A DNA stretch of 57,474 nt, counting the filler, from Asterionella formosa (Eukaryota): assembly GCA_002256025.1 (NCBI GenBank). It is 6 parts of 6 records of this genome, joined end to end, with 100 filler letters (N's around TTAATTAATTAA, not from the genome) between each part and the next. Parts side by side here need not be neighbours in the genome. Positions count along the whole stretch, not along the records: positions 38,423 to 47,904 come from NKIB01010609.1; positions 48,005 to 57,474 come from NKIB01010611.1; 4 more parts are not named here. One strand, written 5' to 3'. Below the pieces are notes generated by a model. That model did not search any database. It was not told the origin of the DNA and saw only the letters and a list, made by a program, of their open reading frames with translations. The translations under genes were made by a program, and so were the position numbers. Positions 46,541 to 57,474 of the stretch are shown here, piece after piece (positions within the stretch are counted from its first letter, which is position 1; the number at the start of each line of letters is the position of its first letter).

Positions 46541-47599
46541 ACATAGCAGACAACAGAGCAACGAAGCAAACAAGAAGCACGCAGCAAAATCAACAAACAT
46601 GAAGGACGACAACAGATCGATGTTACATACCTTTTGAGAGGAAGTGAGCGGAGAGCAATATATTTAGGAAAAAGATATTTCGTCCCCTTATTTCGATATT
46701 TCGTCCCCCTCTTTTTATAAACCCTTAAACCCTAAGCCTACATAGCCTTCATATAAACCACCAATTTTTTTTTGCTAGTACACGGAAATCAGTTGGCTTG
46801 ATGACACTGCCGTGACGGCTGCTACTCATACTACACATGCACATCATTGTGTTCAAATTGACTCTGATGGCCTCAACCAAAGCAGTCAGAGCCTATTGAG
46901 GACAATACAGAGGAGGGACTGGACGGCCCTGTACAGGCGTTCTACGGCGCTGTAATTCGAAGATACAGAGCGCATTTGTGCACTTGAATGATCACCCCTC
47001 GACCCTCAGTCTACATGATGTTAAGGCGAGATTATTGTGGAGTTCATCATCTTTGCTGGCTTCCATTAAAAGACCAACAGAGGGAAAGCGACGGTACCTT
47101 GTCCACCGAAAATTCAATTGAGCAGAAACCAGACCAACGAATCTTGGAAGTTGCATCTTGGGCTTGTCAGGTATTAACTCTCTCCAATCTATCTGGTACT
47201 ATTAGTACCATATTGTGATGTAGTCCCCTCTCTGCTGCTGTGACAACTAGCAACTTTACCATAGTATGAATTCTAGCAAATGTCACATATAAATTTAAGT
47301 ATGATTACTACCATATTTTGATCTGTAGACAACCATGATAATCATTGCAATAAATGTGTACTGAAGTGTCTAAACTAGCTATCCCCAATCATCAACTGTT
47401 ACCCTAATTGCCAAATTGTTAATCCCAAACTTCATGCCACAAAGGCCTGACAGATCACTCCAAAATAATTTTTTCTAAGACTTGACCCTTTAAAATTGAA
47501 AGCATGAATCATATGTTTGATTTAAAATAATGGCAATTCTATACAGCTTACAAGGGTATCCTGCTTATGCATAGCGCAATAACTGTGATTTGCCCCTGG

Positions 47600-47904
47600 A
47601 TTTCAGGAATATTGAGCAATTCTTTGTTCAGGACTTAAACAGAGCAGATACACCTTCATAAGCTTTGTTAGCCATCCAACCTTGTCACACACTTCTGTAA
47701 ATTTTTCCAACATATTGTGCTATTTTGATATAGGTACCTGAACACCAAACACTGTTTGACCAGACTTCCAGATCATATCGATTTCAGGAAAATGGAAGTT
47801 TTGCATTACATACATTCCATCCATTGCCATGATTTTTTCGGTAACTCATTTGAGGGAAAGGTTTCAATCACATTGTATTCGTCCAAAGACAAAAACTCTC
47901 CAAA
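47600..47904 (-). pseudogene. Restriction-endonuclease-like (Crinkler/RHS C-terminal type) domain relic
   Basis: Manual translation from 47830: …QNFHFPEIDMIWKSGQTVFGVQVPISK*H, an FP.ID…F.VQV….H pattern with an internal stop. Confidence 0.4.
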
Positions 47905-48004
47905 NNNNNNNNNNNNNNNNNNNNNNNNNNNNNNNNNNNNNNNNNNNNTTAATTAATTAANNNNNNNNNNNNNNNNNNNNNNNNNNNNNNNNNNNNNNNN
48001 NNNN
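47905..48004. other. Artificial scaffold spacer
   Basis: N run with TTAATTAATTAA. Confidence 0.97.
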
Positions 48005-49625
48005 CTAACCATTTTTCCTGCTTTTACAGGGCACCATGTTTCAGAGCAGTAGTCGTGGCAGCCAAATAAATGATTGATTGGTGCCTTGGAGGAAATACTA
48101 AATTCGGCCAGAGAGAGGTTCCGGTTTTTTTTAATCCAAGCGCCATAGTAAACTTTCAACCGGAGACAATCTGCTTTTGAGGGACGCTCGAGGGAGACTG
48201 GGCCATTGGATTTCATAAAAGCTGGGCGGAGAAGTACCCGTACTCTGTGGGATGGGTCAGACAGAAATGTAGGTTCGGGTACAGTCAGTGGAAGGCATCC
48301 TTTGTCCGATTTTTTTAATCCTTTCAATGTTCTTGGCCATTGGAAGGATGGCTGTAGTTTCAATAACTCCTTATAGGACCACTTAGAAACAGCTCGAATA
48401 GTAGAATCATCATCACAGATGATTGTAGAGTAGATAACATTGTTTTTCATTACTGCATCAATCATCATTTCTACACCAGCATCTGGTTCCATTGCTTTCG
48501 AACTACCAGTTACATGATTCTTGGGAAAAACATGTTCCTTGATTGGTTTATTGTACCGTATAGCCCTTTCGCACACATTACAGACCTTAGATTTAAGTCT
48601 GTAATCTAGTATCTTTTTCGTGTAGCCGCCAATACAAAAAGCATGTCCACTTACAGAGTTGTACTTATTCCCGCTGGAACGCTGCTGCCAGCCCATATCG
48701 TAACTAACAGTGAGTCGAGGCATATTCAGTACAGACAAGCGATCCATACCAGTCAGACTGTTCCACTACTGAAAATCACGTCCTTTGTCAGCCCAGTCTC
48801 CTCGTTCATGGACATTGAGTGTCAGATATATTTCCTCCTGACACGCCTCTTTCATTGCAAGAGCGGTTGCAGTAACTTCAGCGTTTCCTACCAGTTCCTC
48901 TACTGCACCAAAGTTACCTTGCGTAGACCAAAATCCAAAGGTAAGTGGAAGATTCATTGCGGAGCAGATGATATCTGCATCTGCTGGTCCCATTCCGGCT
49001 TCGTGACAACCCAAAATAAACTGTTTGTTGATAGAAAAGTGTTTTGCCTCTATTGCGTTATTTCTTATCTCATCATTTCTGTCTCCATTACTGTTGCTTC
49101 TTGCAGGTTCGAGTTTAGAAATCAGTTTCTGATAGGTCAAACACCAAGAGACTTTGAATTCGCTTGCCAAGCCGTAATTTTTGATAGAGACAACGATCAA
49201 CGATTGTTTCATTGTTGAAATCAGAAAGTCAAACAAATCCTGCTCCAGAAATGATTCACATTGCTGTTCAATGGACAGCTTTTGTTGTCTATTTTATGTA
49301 AAGTAAGTTACAAAGTCACGAAGTGATTGTTTGCAATATTCTTTTACAAATTTATTAACACAACTTTTGCAATACATATTTTCCTGCAGAAATTTCGACA
49401 ATGTATTATAGCGATTATATGAGGATTCATGTTCAGTTGAGAGCAGTCTGTTTTAATTGGTGACGATGTGATTGCTAGTTCAATTGGTGAAGTGGTTGTT
49501 GTAGGGGGACAAAAAAGCATCTTAGAGGTACACCAATTTTGATTTTCATCGGACCCTATATTTCGTCCTCCTTGACCACCAACACCAATTTCGGAAATGA
49601 GACGGCTACCACTGGAACGTGGCAT
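48005..49625 (-). pseudogene. Kolobok/'Mutator-like'-family DDE transposase, interrupted
   Basis: LTVSYDMGWQQR…YNSVSGH, KVCNVC, KNH..GSSKAME, IICDDDST, DPSHR, HLFGCHDYC…WC. ORF pieces 49344-49625, 48766-49236 and 48005-48747. Confidence 0.8.
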
Positions 49626-49805
49626 GATTTTGTCTTATAATAGTTGGTGTTGCTGTTTTTTTATGGCTGGTTGATTCGTTTGATTGTGTAAAAAGAAAAT
49701 ATTTGTTATTCATGCCACTTCATTTCTAGAAGGTTTTGAAACATCATACGTAGGTGGATTGAAGTTCTTGATTTCCTAATGAAATAAATGAAAATCGTAA
49801 AAGCA

Positions 49806-50256
49806 TTAATCACTAATAGATTTAGAACATTTAGAACGTTTGAAATTTGGTTTGAAACCAGTGTACACTTCGTTTGGGTCCTTGTTCTTCAAAAGAGATC
49901 GAACCCCCTTCAAACAACAGTCAGGAAGTTGCATCCAAACACCTTTTCCCAATGGACCACTGAAAACTCTGATTAGAAACTTGTACAGAAGATTGCGGGC
50001 TCTTGATGCCGTAATGTCTTCATCCTTCAGCCTGGTAAGAATGGATTCACCTTCCAGAAACTTCTCCACCAACTCTTCGACTTCATCACTGACATTCAGG
50101 GCAGCAAAAATCGCACCATTCGCAGAAGATGCGATCCTCACATCCCTCCACATACGACTCTACAATCAACCGGTCTTGGCAGGTAGGACAACTATCATGA
50201 CTGTAGTTAAATTCGTCATTACCCTTGTCATCATTTTGATGTGTAATTTCGCTCAT
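49806..50256 (-). pseudogene. KolX-like accessory protein (related to the P2X7 C-terminal 'ballast' domain), one frameshift
   Basis: Cys-rich part (FCEWCDFCCPEC), then RNLLYK…GPLGKGVWMQLPDCCLKGVR…YTGFK, which matches the KolX pattern R..AY…G.LG.G.R..LP.C….IR…Y.GF. Confidence 0.75.
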
Positions 50257-50660
50257 GGTTGATTGTTGCTTTTTTTGTTTCTTACCGGTAGTCATCAAAA
50301 ATATTTGCCATGCTGCTGCCAGCTCGTCTGACACATATATGTTGATTGTATGATAGGGTATATAAACATTGAGCGATGGAGAATGTTTATGTATATAATT
50401 ATTGAATTGAAAAAGGAATCTATGTATGTATGCGCAAATTTCCAGTGATTCAAATATTTCAAATGGAATCAGCACGTCATTCAAAATTAACTCATAAAAA
50501 TTCTTAGTTCCACGGAATTTCGGCAACCCTAAGCAATATTTTAATTTTTGCCTAGGGGTTCAAATGCAGGAACCTTAATGTTACATAGTTCCTGGGTGAT
50601 ACTTGGTATATCCATTTACTGGTAGCCTCAGTCTATTTCCGGTCCTGGTACCTGGTACGT

Positions 50661-50725
50661 GCAAGTTGTGACAAATTGTGCAGTTGACGCAGCTAAAGCA
50701 TTAGTCTTCTTTATCCCATATATGA
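50661..50725 (+). mobile_element. Degenerate partial copy of the 100-bp MITE
   Basis: gcaagttgtgacaaattgtgc…ttagtcttctttatcccatat, preceded by cctggtacctggta. Confidence 0.5.
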
Positions 50726-52599
50726 TGACATAATGATTTGGACATCTATTAGTAAGATATTTTTGAAAAGTTTTTCTGGAATTCAATTCGGCTGGAAATA
50801 TTTAGGGTGAAACTTCAAGTCCTGAAACTCACACAGCCATGCAAACAAGTCTACTTAGTAAACAAACATACGGTATTAGATAAGGATGAAGATAGCTAAA
50901 TCCGTAGCTCCGGTGATATGATCAGAAAGCAACGCGTAGGTTGTGGTAATGTTCTTGCTGAAACTGTCAAAACATGACATTAGCTTGATACCAACAGCAT
51001 CTTCCTTGTCAGGGGAAATGTCATAAATGAACTTCATTAACGATATCTCAAATTATGACAAATGTCAACTACTACAAACTTGTCGTAAATGAGAATCTGA
51101 TGCCCTCAGATTCCCTCGGTGACCTCTCAGATAGTATACTGGTGTATACTCGGAGTATGATTACTAGGAGTATATATAAGCTAGTACAAAGCAAGCTAGC
51201 TCTAGAGTGCAAATATTAAACCCTGCCTGGCTGTACAGACAAATATCAGCAGCCAAGCCACTGCGATGATGCACTGTTCAGTCAATGCATGCAAGCAAGA
51301 GATATACCAGCCTTTGCCAGAGGAGTTTGATGTTTGCTGAAGCCAGCCAAAAAGGGGACTCCGGTGATGTGACCGTTGGTTGCAGTACTAGTAATGTGCT
51401 ATGGTGGGCTGAAAATGACAAATATCTATATACCAAGCAATGGCATCTTCCGTGTCTGGGAATTTGTCATTAACGAACTTGCTTCATGTATGACAAATCA
51501 ACTTATGACAAAATTAATTATGACAAGTTTGTCGTAAATAAATATATAAATGAGATTCAGATTTTTGAGATGCCCTGGGTGCTCAGTTGCCATCTCCCAC
51601 CATCTCATAAATATCTCTCTGCCGCAAATTGTTCATCAGTGATTTATTTATTTTCCTGTCTTATTCTTTCTTGTCAATATTTAGCACATCTCCATTCTTG
51701 TATTCTTCTTCTTGCACTATAATAGCGCTCACAGTTGTGAAAAAGTGGTTAGACTTCTTCTTTTTCTTTTCTCTTGCTGTTATCTTTGCATGGCTCTTCT
51801 TCTGTTTGCGTTGTGTTGATACGATTGCCATGAATTCCTCAACTGTAGCATCTGTGTCAAACACCAAATCGACATCCATGCAATCGCCATTTTTCATAGC
51901 TCCTGCATTAAGCTTTGTCAGCTTATCAATCTCCTCTTTCTGAATTCTCTTTCTATCGGATTACTATCTTATGATTCTGTCCCACATGGCTGGATGATTT
52001 GTTCTTTCTTTGCTTGGTTGGCCGCTTGGATAGCGCCTTTCGTCGTGTTGAATTGGTCGTTTTTAGGAATTATTGAGTATCAGCTGAAATGATATGAGCA
52101 CTCAAAATCTGGTGAATATTCTTTAAGCTTAAATTAGCTGAAAGTATATATACTTCTGGTGCAGGCGTCATGATTCATCATATGTAATTTTTGTTTATTT
52201 TTTATTTCACCCAAAACCCCTTTTCTCTTTCAACCTTAGATTTATTCAGATAGTAGCAGAATGAGCAAGTGATAGCAATCTGTTCTGTCAAATGCTTACC
52301 TTTAGCCATGCGTACCTACTTGCAGTGAAATTTCAATAAAAGTCAATGCAAAACCAAATCTATTGATTGTTCGAAGTCATTCATCTTGTACTTTTATACT
52401 TGAAAAACTACTCTGATCTGACATAAGTTCTTCCAAGAAGAAGAATCACAATGAAGACAGTAGTGATGAACAGTATGTGGTGAGTACATTCTCGTAAGTT
52501 TTACATCTTCGTCCAATGATGGCAAAGCCACTGTCAGCAGTGGTGTTGCACAGAGGATGAGAGAATCCTTTCGCAAGCATTTCAAGGCTGTAGCTTTTG

Positions 52600-53275
52600 G
52601 GTTTTTAAATGAAAATGCGACTGCAGGCATAACTTGAAATGCGGAAACCGGAGCAACAACTGCAACAAGGAATGAAAAGGTGGCAGCAGGCCTAACTCGA
52701 AATGCGAAAACCGGAGCCGTGACTGCCACAATGAATGAAAAAGCGATAGTAGCAGGAACAAGCCATTCCAGTCGATTCTGAAACCGGAACCACAACTGCA
52801 ACAGGAAATGAAAAGGCGGCAGCAGGCACATCTCCAGTCGACACGGAAAGCAGAACAACGCAATCAATGAATGAAAAGACAAGAGTATCAGGCGGAACAA
52901 CTCCAGTAGATTGCAACAAGTAATGAATAAGCAGCAGCAGCAGTCACAACAAAAAATGCGGAAACCGGAACAAAGCAATCAATGAATGAAAAGACAACAG
53001 TAGCAGGAAAAATCCAAATGCGGAAACGGGAACAACAAATGCAACAAGGACTGCAAAAAGAATCAAAAGTGCTAAAACAGCCAAGAACAAAGAAAATGAC
53101 AGCAAGAATTACAGCAGGAACATAGGAAAAGAACACAACAGGAATAGGGAAAACAGGATCATGTGACATGACTGATGAGAAATACAATGAAATTGTGTAT
53201 AATGCAACCAGAACAGGAAAAACGAGATCCTGTGACATGACTGATGAGAAATACAATGAAGTTGTGTACATAATT
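52600..53275 (+). repeat. A-rich degenerate repeats, probably a decayed low-complexity coding region
   Basis: Recurrent aaatgcggaaaccgga…aatgaatgaaaag units. ~60-bp duplication gtgacatgactgatgagaaatacaatgaa at ~53163 and ~53232. Confidence 0.55.
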
Positions 53276-55287
53276 GAAGGCTAGGATAATCCAGAGATGC
53301 AGCAACAACATCAAATTCGTTATTCACTTGTAAAAAAGTAGACCACCACAATATGTGCCATCATTCAAACAATATCATCTCAGGAGCATTCATTTCAACT
53401 TGTATTTTTTAATGAGTACTTATAGATCCTGTTTTGACAATTAACCATTATTCAATTGTCAAAACTCATGATTTTCCTGCATGCACATCATCTTGCAGAA
53501 TTGTATAGGCCTTTCTTTAGCATTTGTTGGATTGTAAGTTCTTAGCGGAAACCCACTGTTTTTGTGTTAGTGCATTGGTCCATACACTCCGTCTCAAGAT
53601 AATGGCCAAGGCAAGGAGATCACACTGCCTTTTGACAGGGATGCAAACAATGAGAACCTAGCTTGGCGCATCCCTCTCGTCCTTAGAATTTTCGTTCAAC
53701 ACAGATGCAGCTTGGCCATCAGAGCGACAAGGAATCGAATATTTGCAGTTAGTTTTCTTGTTAGTTGGAAGCAATTGTTGATTTGGCGGACCACATGGAA
53801 TTGACAGACACAACACACATGCAGGCAGCTTATACAATTGATGAATTGGATATTTTATACTTGAATGAGCAAAGGATGACCACCATGATTGAAATCTTGC
53901 TAAATGTGAGACTCTAGAAGCTGCCTTGCTTGTAATGTTTCCCTTGTCTTATCTGCAGACTTGTTCTGTTTTATGGCCTTTTTGATGACAAGGTCATTGA
54001 CAGGCACATACCTTGTTCGATTTCCGCTCTGGGTAATAACATTCCAAGTGAAAGACAATGTGGCATAAAATACTAAAATGCCTTCTTTTGTAGTAATATT
54101 TAATGGAAGAATGCTGGCCAAGTGTTTGGTTATCATCCTTGTTTTCCCCAGGCTCCTCTACACTAAACTCACAGCTTTTAGTATCATAGGATATTTGCCA
54201 TAACCTCTGTACAACATCATAGAAATAAGTACACTTTTGTAAGCATGGGAATGCGTCAGTTCATTTACTCTCCTGGTCAACATTGTTGCCATGCTGATGT
54301 TTAATTGTACTGATGTTTAAGTTTAATTCAATTAATATTGTTTTACCAGTAGTATAATCCCTCAACATAACATATCTACCAGTATGAGGAAGAATTTCTT
54401 GAACAATACCATCATATACCGCAGGGTTCTGTTACCCCGTTGGTAGAATATTCTACCAAAATGTGAAAAATAAATTCTACCCGTGCTACTGGTTAGAATT
54501 TTTGCCTTCCTCTCTACCATATTTTCACCACGGTCAAGCAAGGGAGGGGTACCGGACAGTAATGACCTGTCCGGAGTAGAACACTCTACCAGATCCCCAC
54601 AGTACAGAATACTACTATGTACTTTGGTAGAATTTCGTCTATAATGTCAAGGTACCATCATGTCTCGAGTAGAACAATAACAGGGGTCCACAGAAAGAAA
54701 CAACTTGGGTTGAATTTTACCAATAACAGTAATAGTCCTCAAATGTACTGGTATGTATTCATGTACGCACTTCGAGTACATAGCTAATACCTTGGCTGTC
54801 CATGTATTCATACAACTGTATATAGATGTACGATTATGATGTAAGTAGGTATTCTGTGAGCTATTGCTTCCAGGACCGAGCAGAGGAATGAAATTCTGTA
54901 ATGACGTCCTCTGTTGACGTGTAGGAATGCAATGACGCCAGCAAGCGAACTCATCATTGAAAAGACCTCTTTATTCTTCTTCGTTTCATACCTATGTATG
55001 TACAGAGTATGTAGTCCCTGATCCCTGATTCAACCGGTACCAGGGTACCTGGTAGCTAATAGCATGATGTTGGCTCCCGGTATAACGGCATTTGCTCCGT
55101 TGGTGGTGCATGCTGCTGTGACTATCAAGAGTCGGTTCACGGCCACCTCAGCCACGACACAACCACGTTGTCAACTTTGTGTATGCTGGTGCAGGACTGC
55201 CTACTCCGCCTGTAACAAAATATCACCCCCTACCCTGCTCATATTTTGAATTGCCACAGAATTTTTCTAAACCTATCAGAAACAAAG

Positions 55288-55899
55288 ATGACAAAAGCCA
55301 TCAAAACCGTTGCTCTTTTGGCAATGACTGCCACATCAAACGCATTTGCCCCAGCCCCCCACAAGAAAGCACTGACAGCTAGCTTCGCTGCCTCCAACCA
55401 TTTGCCTCATTTCATTGACCTAGTTGAACCGCCACCATCTGATTCAATCAAGGTCACAAAGAATGAGAAAGTTGCTGCTAAGAAGCACCAGGAAGGCTTG
55501 TTCTCACCTATAGTCATTGCAGCCAAGAAGTTGATTGGTGAGAAAAGCCTGAACAAGCTTCGTGGGGATGCGATCTCCCTACATTCTAGTGTTATCACCA
55601 GTTTCGTTGATACTGCTGAAACGCCCTTCGGCAAAACCGTCTTGAAGACCCTTTTCTCCATTACTGACAAGGACGCCAGTGGCACTATTGAAGAACAGGA
55701 GCTTAAACAAGCTTTCAATATTCTTGGCTTCACATGGCTACAAGACAAGCAAGTTCGAGGCATCCTTGAGCGGGCTGACTCAAACCAGGACGGGAGGATT
55801 GATATGGATGAATGGATAAATGAAGCACCGAAGACCTTGAGGACAAACTTGATCAAGCTTGCCAAGAAAAATGGTGGTGAATTGGGATTTCTATCGTAA
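55288..55899 (+). CDS. Plastid-targeted EF-hand calcium-binding protein
   Basis: Signal peptide ending SNA|FAP (ASAFAP-type motif). Two EF-hands, DKDASGTIEEQEL and DSNQDGRIDMDEW. Confidence 0.9.
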   Translation: MTKAIKTVALLAMTATSNAFAPAPHKKALTASFAASNHLPHFIDLVEPPPSDSIKVTKNEKVAAKKHQEGLFSPIVIAAKKLIGEKSLNKLRGDAISLHSSVITSFVDTAETPFGKTVLKTLFSITDKDASGTIEEQELKQAFNILGFTWLQDKQVRGILERADSNQDGRIDMDEWINEAPKTLRTNLIKLAKKNGGELGFLS

Positions 55900-56795
55900 C
55901 TGTTTAATCGCTTCCACTTTACTTTTCCATAAATGAATGATACTTGAAATGACTAAATAACTACATTTTTCATCACAGGCCAATTTATCTATACCATGAA
56001 ACAAATCAAATTAGACGAAACGTCAGTTTACAAATTCAAGCCATTCTACAACCATATTAGAAGGAAATGTACACCTTGAGACATTTGGCCGGAATACGGT
56101 ATTACTCATTGGACCCGTGCAAAAGAAGTTAGTTAAGTATAGTCACTGAGGCCACAATGGGGCCAGGCAAAGTAAATTCGCTATGTTCTATCACAGACGA
56201 GTCAATGGTTGAACTGTAGATCTGCAAAACGACCACTATTGCGGCATAGCCTACTATTTTTAGTTTGTTGTCAATATATAGACTACTTTTATCGAAAGGT
56301 GTGCAACCACTTCATTGGCTGACTCAGCCGTCCTCACCTATATCTCATTGTTCGATTCATCACCTGATGTCCTGATTCAATCGTTCTCTCAATCTGGGGT
56401 TCATGTGGCATGCAAATGAGAGATTCGTCAGAACCACAGGTAATACATCTCGACTACCTTCACAACTAGATTGTGGTTGAGGCCCTAAATTGTTTTGTTC
56501 AACTATGGTTGCTAGAGGATATCGTAGCATTTTGCTTCCGTATCATTTTGACTACTACATACTAGAAGTTTTCTTGTCACAATTGAACATTCTCAGCAGG
56601 CCATCAGAATTCAGATGGCAGGGACGAACTTCGTATCCTCCGACAAAAGTATCATGCAGACGAAGGACGCAGGGCGATATACATCACCGAGAAAGCAAGG
56701 TGCCAGGAACTATGTTACGAGTATGTTGTCCACATGGTGTACTTCGAAGGACTTGGTTCTCGGAGTCTTGTGTACCAGGTACACAGTACCTGGTT

Positions 56796-56892
56796 CCAGC
56801 AAGTTGTGGTCATTTTGCTTAAATAAACAATTCAATATGGGATAAAGATAGCTAAAGTTTTAGTTTCAGCACAATTACTGCAACCTGCAAGG
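56796..56892 (-). mobile_element. ~100-bp MITE, copy 2
   Basis: Its reverse complement aligns end to end with 2478-2577 (taattgtgct…tttagctatctttatcccatat…aattgtttatt.aagca…caacttgctgg). Confidence 0.8.
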
Positions 56893-57175
56893 TACGCACC
56901 GGGTCCTGTCCTATGGCATCTGGGACAAAGTGCCTGCTACTTGTACTTACTACTCGGAGTACCAGGTAACGGTACTCACCTGATAACAGGACCTTGTCAC
57001 CAATCTGGTGCTGACAACGCACTGCATCCCCCTCGGAGAACTTCATGACATCGTCAACAAACGCGCGCTAGGAAAAACGAAATGCTGCCCTTCGACAAAA
57101 GGCAGGAGTGCCTGTTTTCTGGGTTCCCTGGTACCTGGTAACCATCAGTTACTCGAGTACCGGTACTCCTACATA

Positions 57176-57271
57176 CCAGGAAGTTGCGGTAATTTTGCTG
57201 AAACTAAAGATTTAGCTATCTTTATCCCTGATTAAAATGTTAGATAAAGCAAAATGACCGCAGCTTGCAGG
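57176..57271 (+). mobile_element. ~100-bp MITE, copy 3 (TA flanks)
   Basis: ta|ccaggaagttgcggtaattttgct…gatttagctatctttatccc…gcagcttgcagg|ta. Confidence 0.8.
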
Positions 57272-57474
57272 TAACCATTACTTATGACTTGGTTCATACC
57301 GGTAGTCTACCGGGGTACCAGGTACCTAAAATGATGATCGTGAGTGAATGAGAACTCGTCGTCGCCATTTCTTCAAACCCGAACCCAACGAACGGACGAG
57401 CGCCAGAAGATCGACAGGTGGCGGTTGGACACACGAGGAACTGAACAGTCATGGACTCAAACAGGTCGTGAGGT

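Larger units (their letters stand above)
48005..50574 (-). mobile_element. Kolobok-superfamily DNA transposon (one end truncated by scaffold end)
   Basis: On the minus strand the terminus reads TTAA|GGTTCCTGCATTTGAACCCC (RR start, TTAA target). Encodes a KolX-like ORF and a DDE transposase. Confidence 0.8.

Noticed and set aside
46720..46740. Telomeric repeat (acccttaaaccctaa)
   Set aside because: Only about two imperfect units, internal to the scaffold.
54420..54730. Possible TIR element with gtagaa/ttctac repeats
   Set aside because: No clean terminal inverted repeat or second copy identified.

Overview
This is eukaryotic nuclear DNA, most likely from a diatom. The inference rests on short GT-AG introns, a bipartite 'SNA/FAP' plastid-targeting signal and diatom-type retroelements. 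It is not one locus. Six unplaced ~9.5-kb scaffolds, sorted by decreasing length (1-9516, 9617-19127, 19228-28735, 28836-38322, 38423-47904, 48005-57474), are joined by 100-bp N spacers carrying TTAATTAATTAA, so adjacency across a spacer means nothing. Host genes include a class-3 aldehyde dehydrogenase, a small NTF2-like protein, a 5-exon GT60 GlcNAc transferase, an ankyrin-like protein, a BRCT protein, RNA 3'-phosphate cyclase, calreticulin exon 1, an ARM-repeat protein and a plastid EF-hand protein. Much of the rest is mobile DNA: a decayed Ambal-like LINE (APE-RT-RNase H), a short non-autonomous LTR element, DIRS-type tyrosine-recombinase and Copia relics, an IS630/Tc1-like transposase relic, a Kolobok transposon (transposase plus KolX) with a matching non-autonomous derivative, several MITE-like elements and a ~195-bp satellite. 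The most intriguing pattern is a ~100-bp TA-flanked MITE with CCAG...CTGG ends. It sits inside clusters of TACC(A/T)GGTA, TACCGGTA and TACCAGTA motifs that look like its excision footprints. This suggests, as a hypothesis only, that the window-wide (GGTACCT)n repeat is built by serial transposon insertion and excision. All family assignments come from motif recognition by eye; no searches were run.
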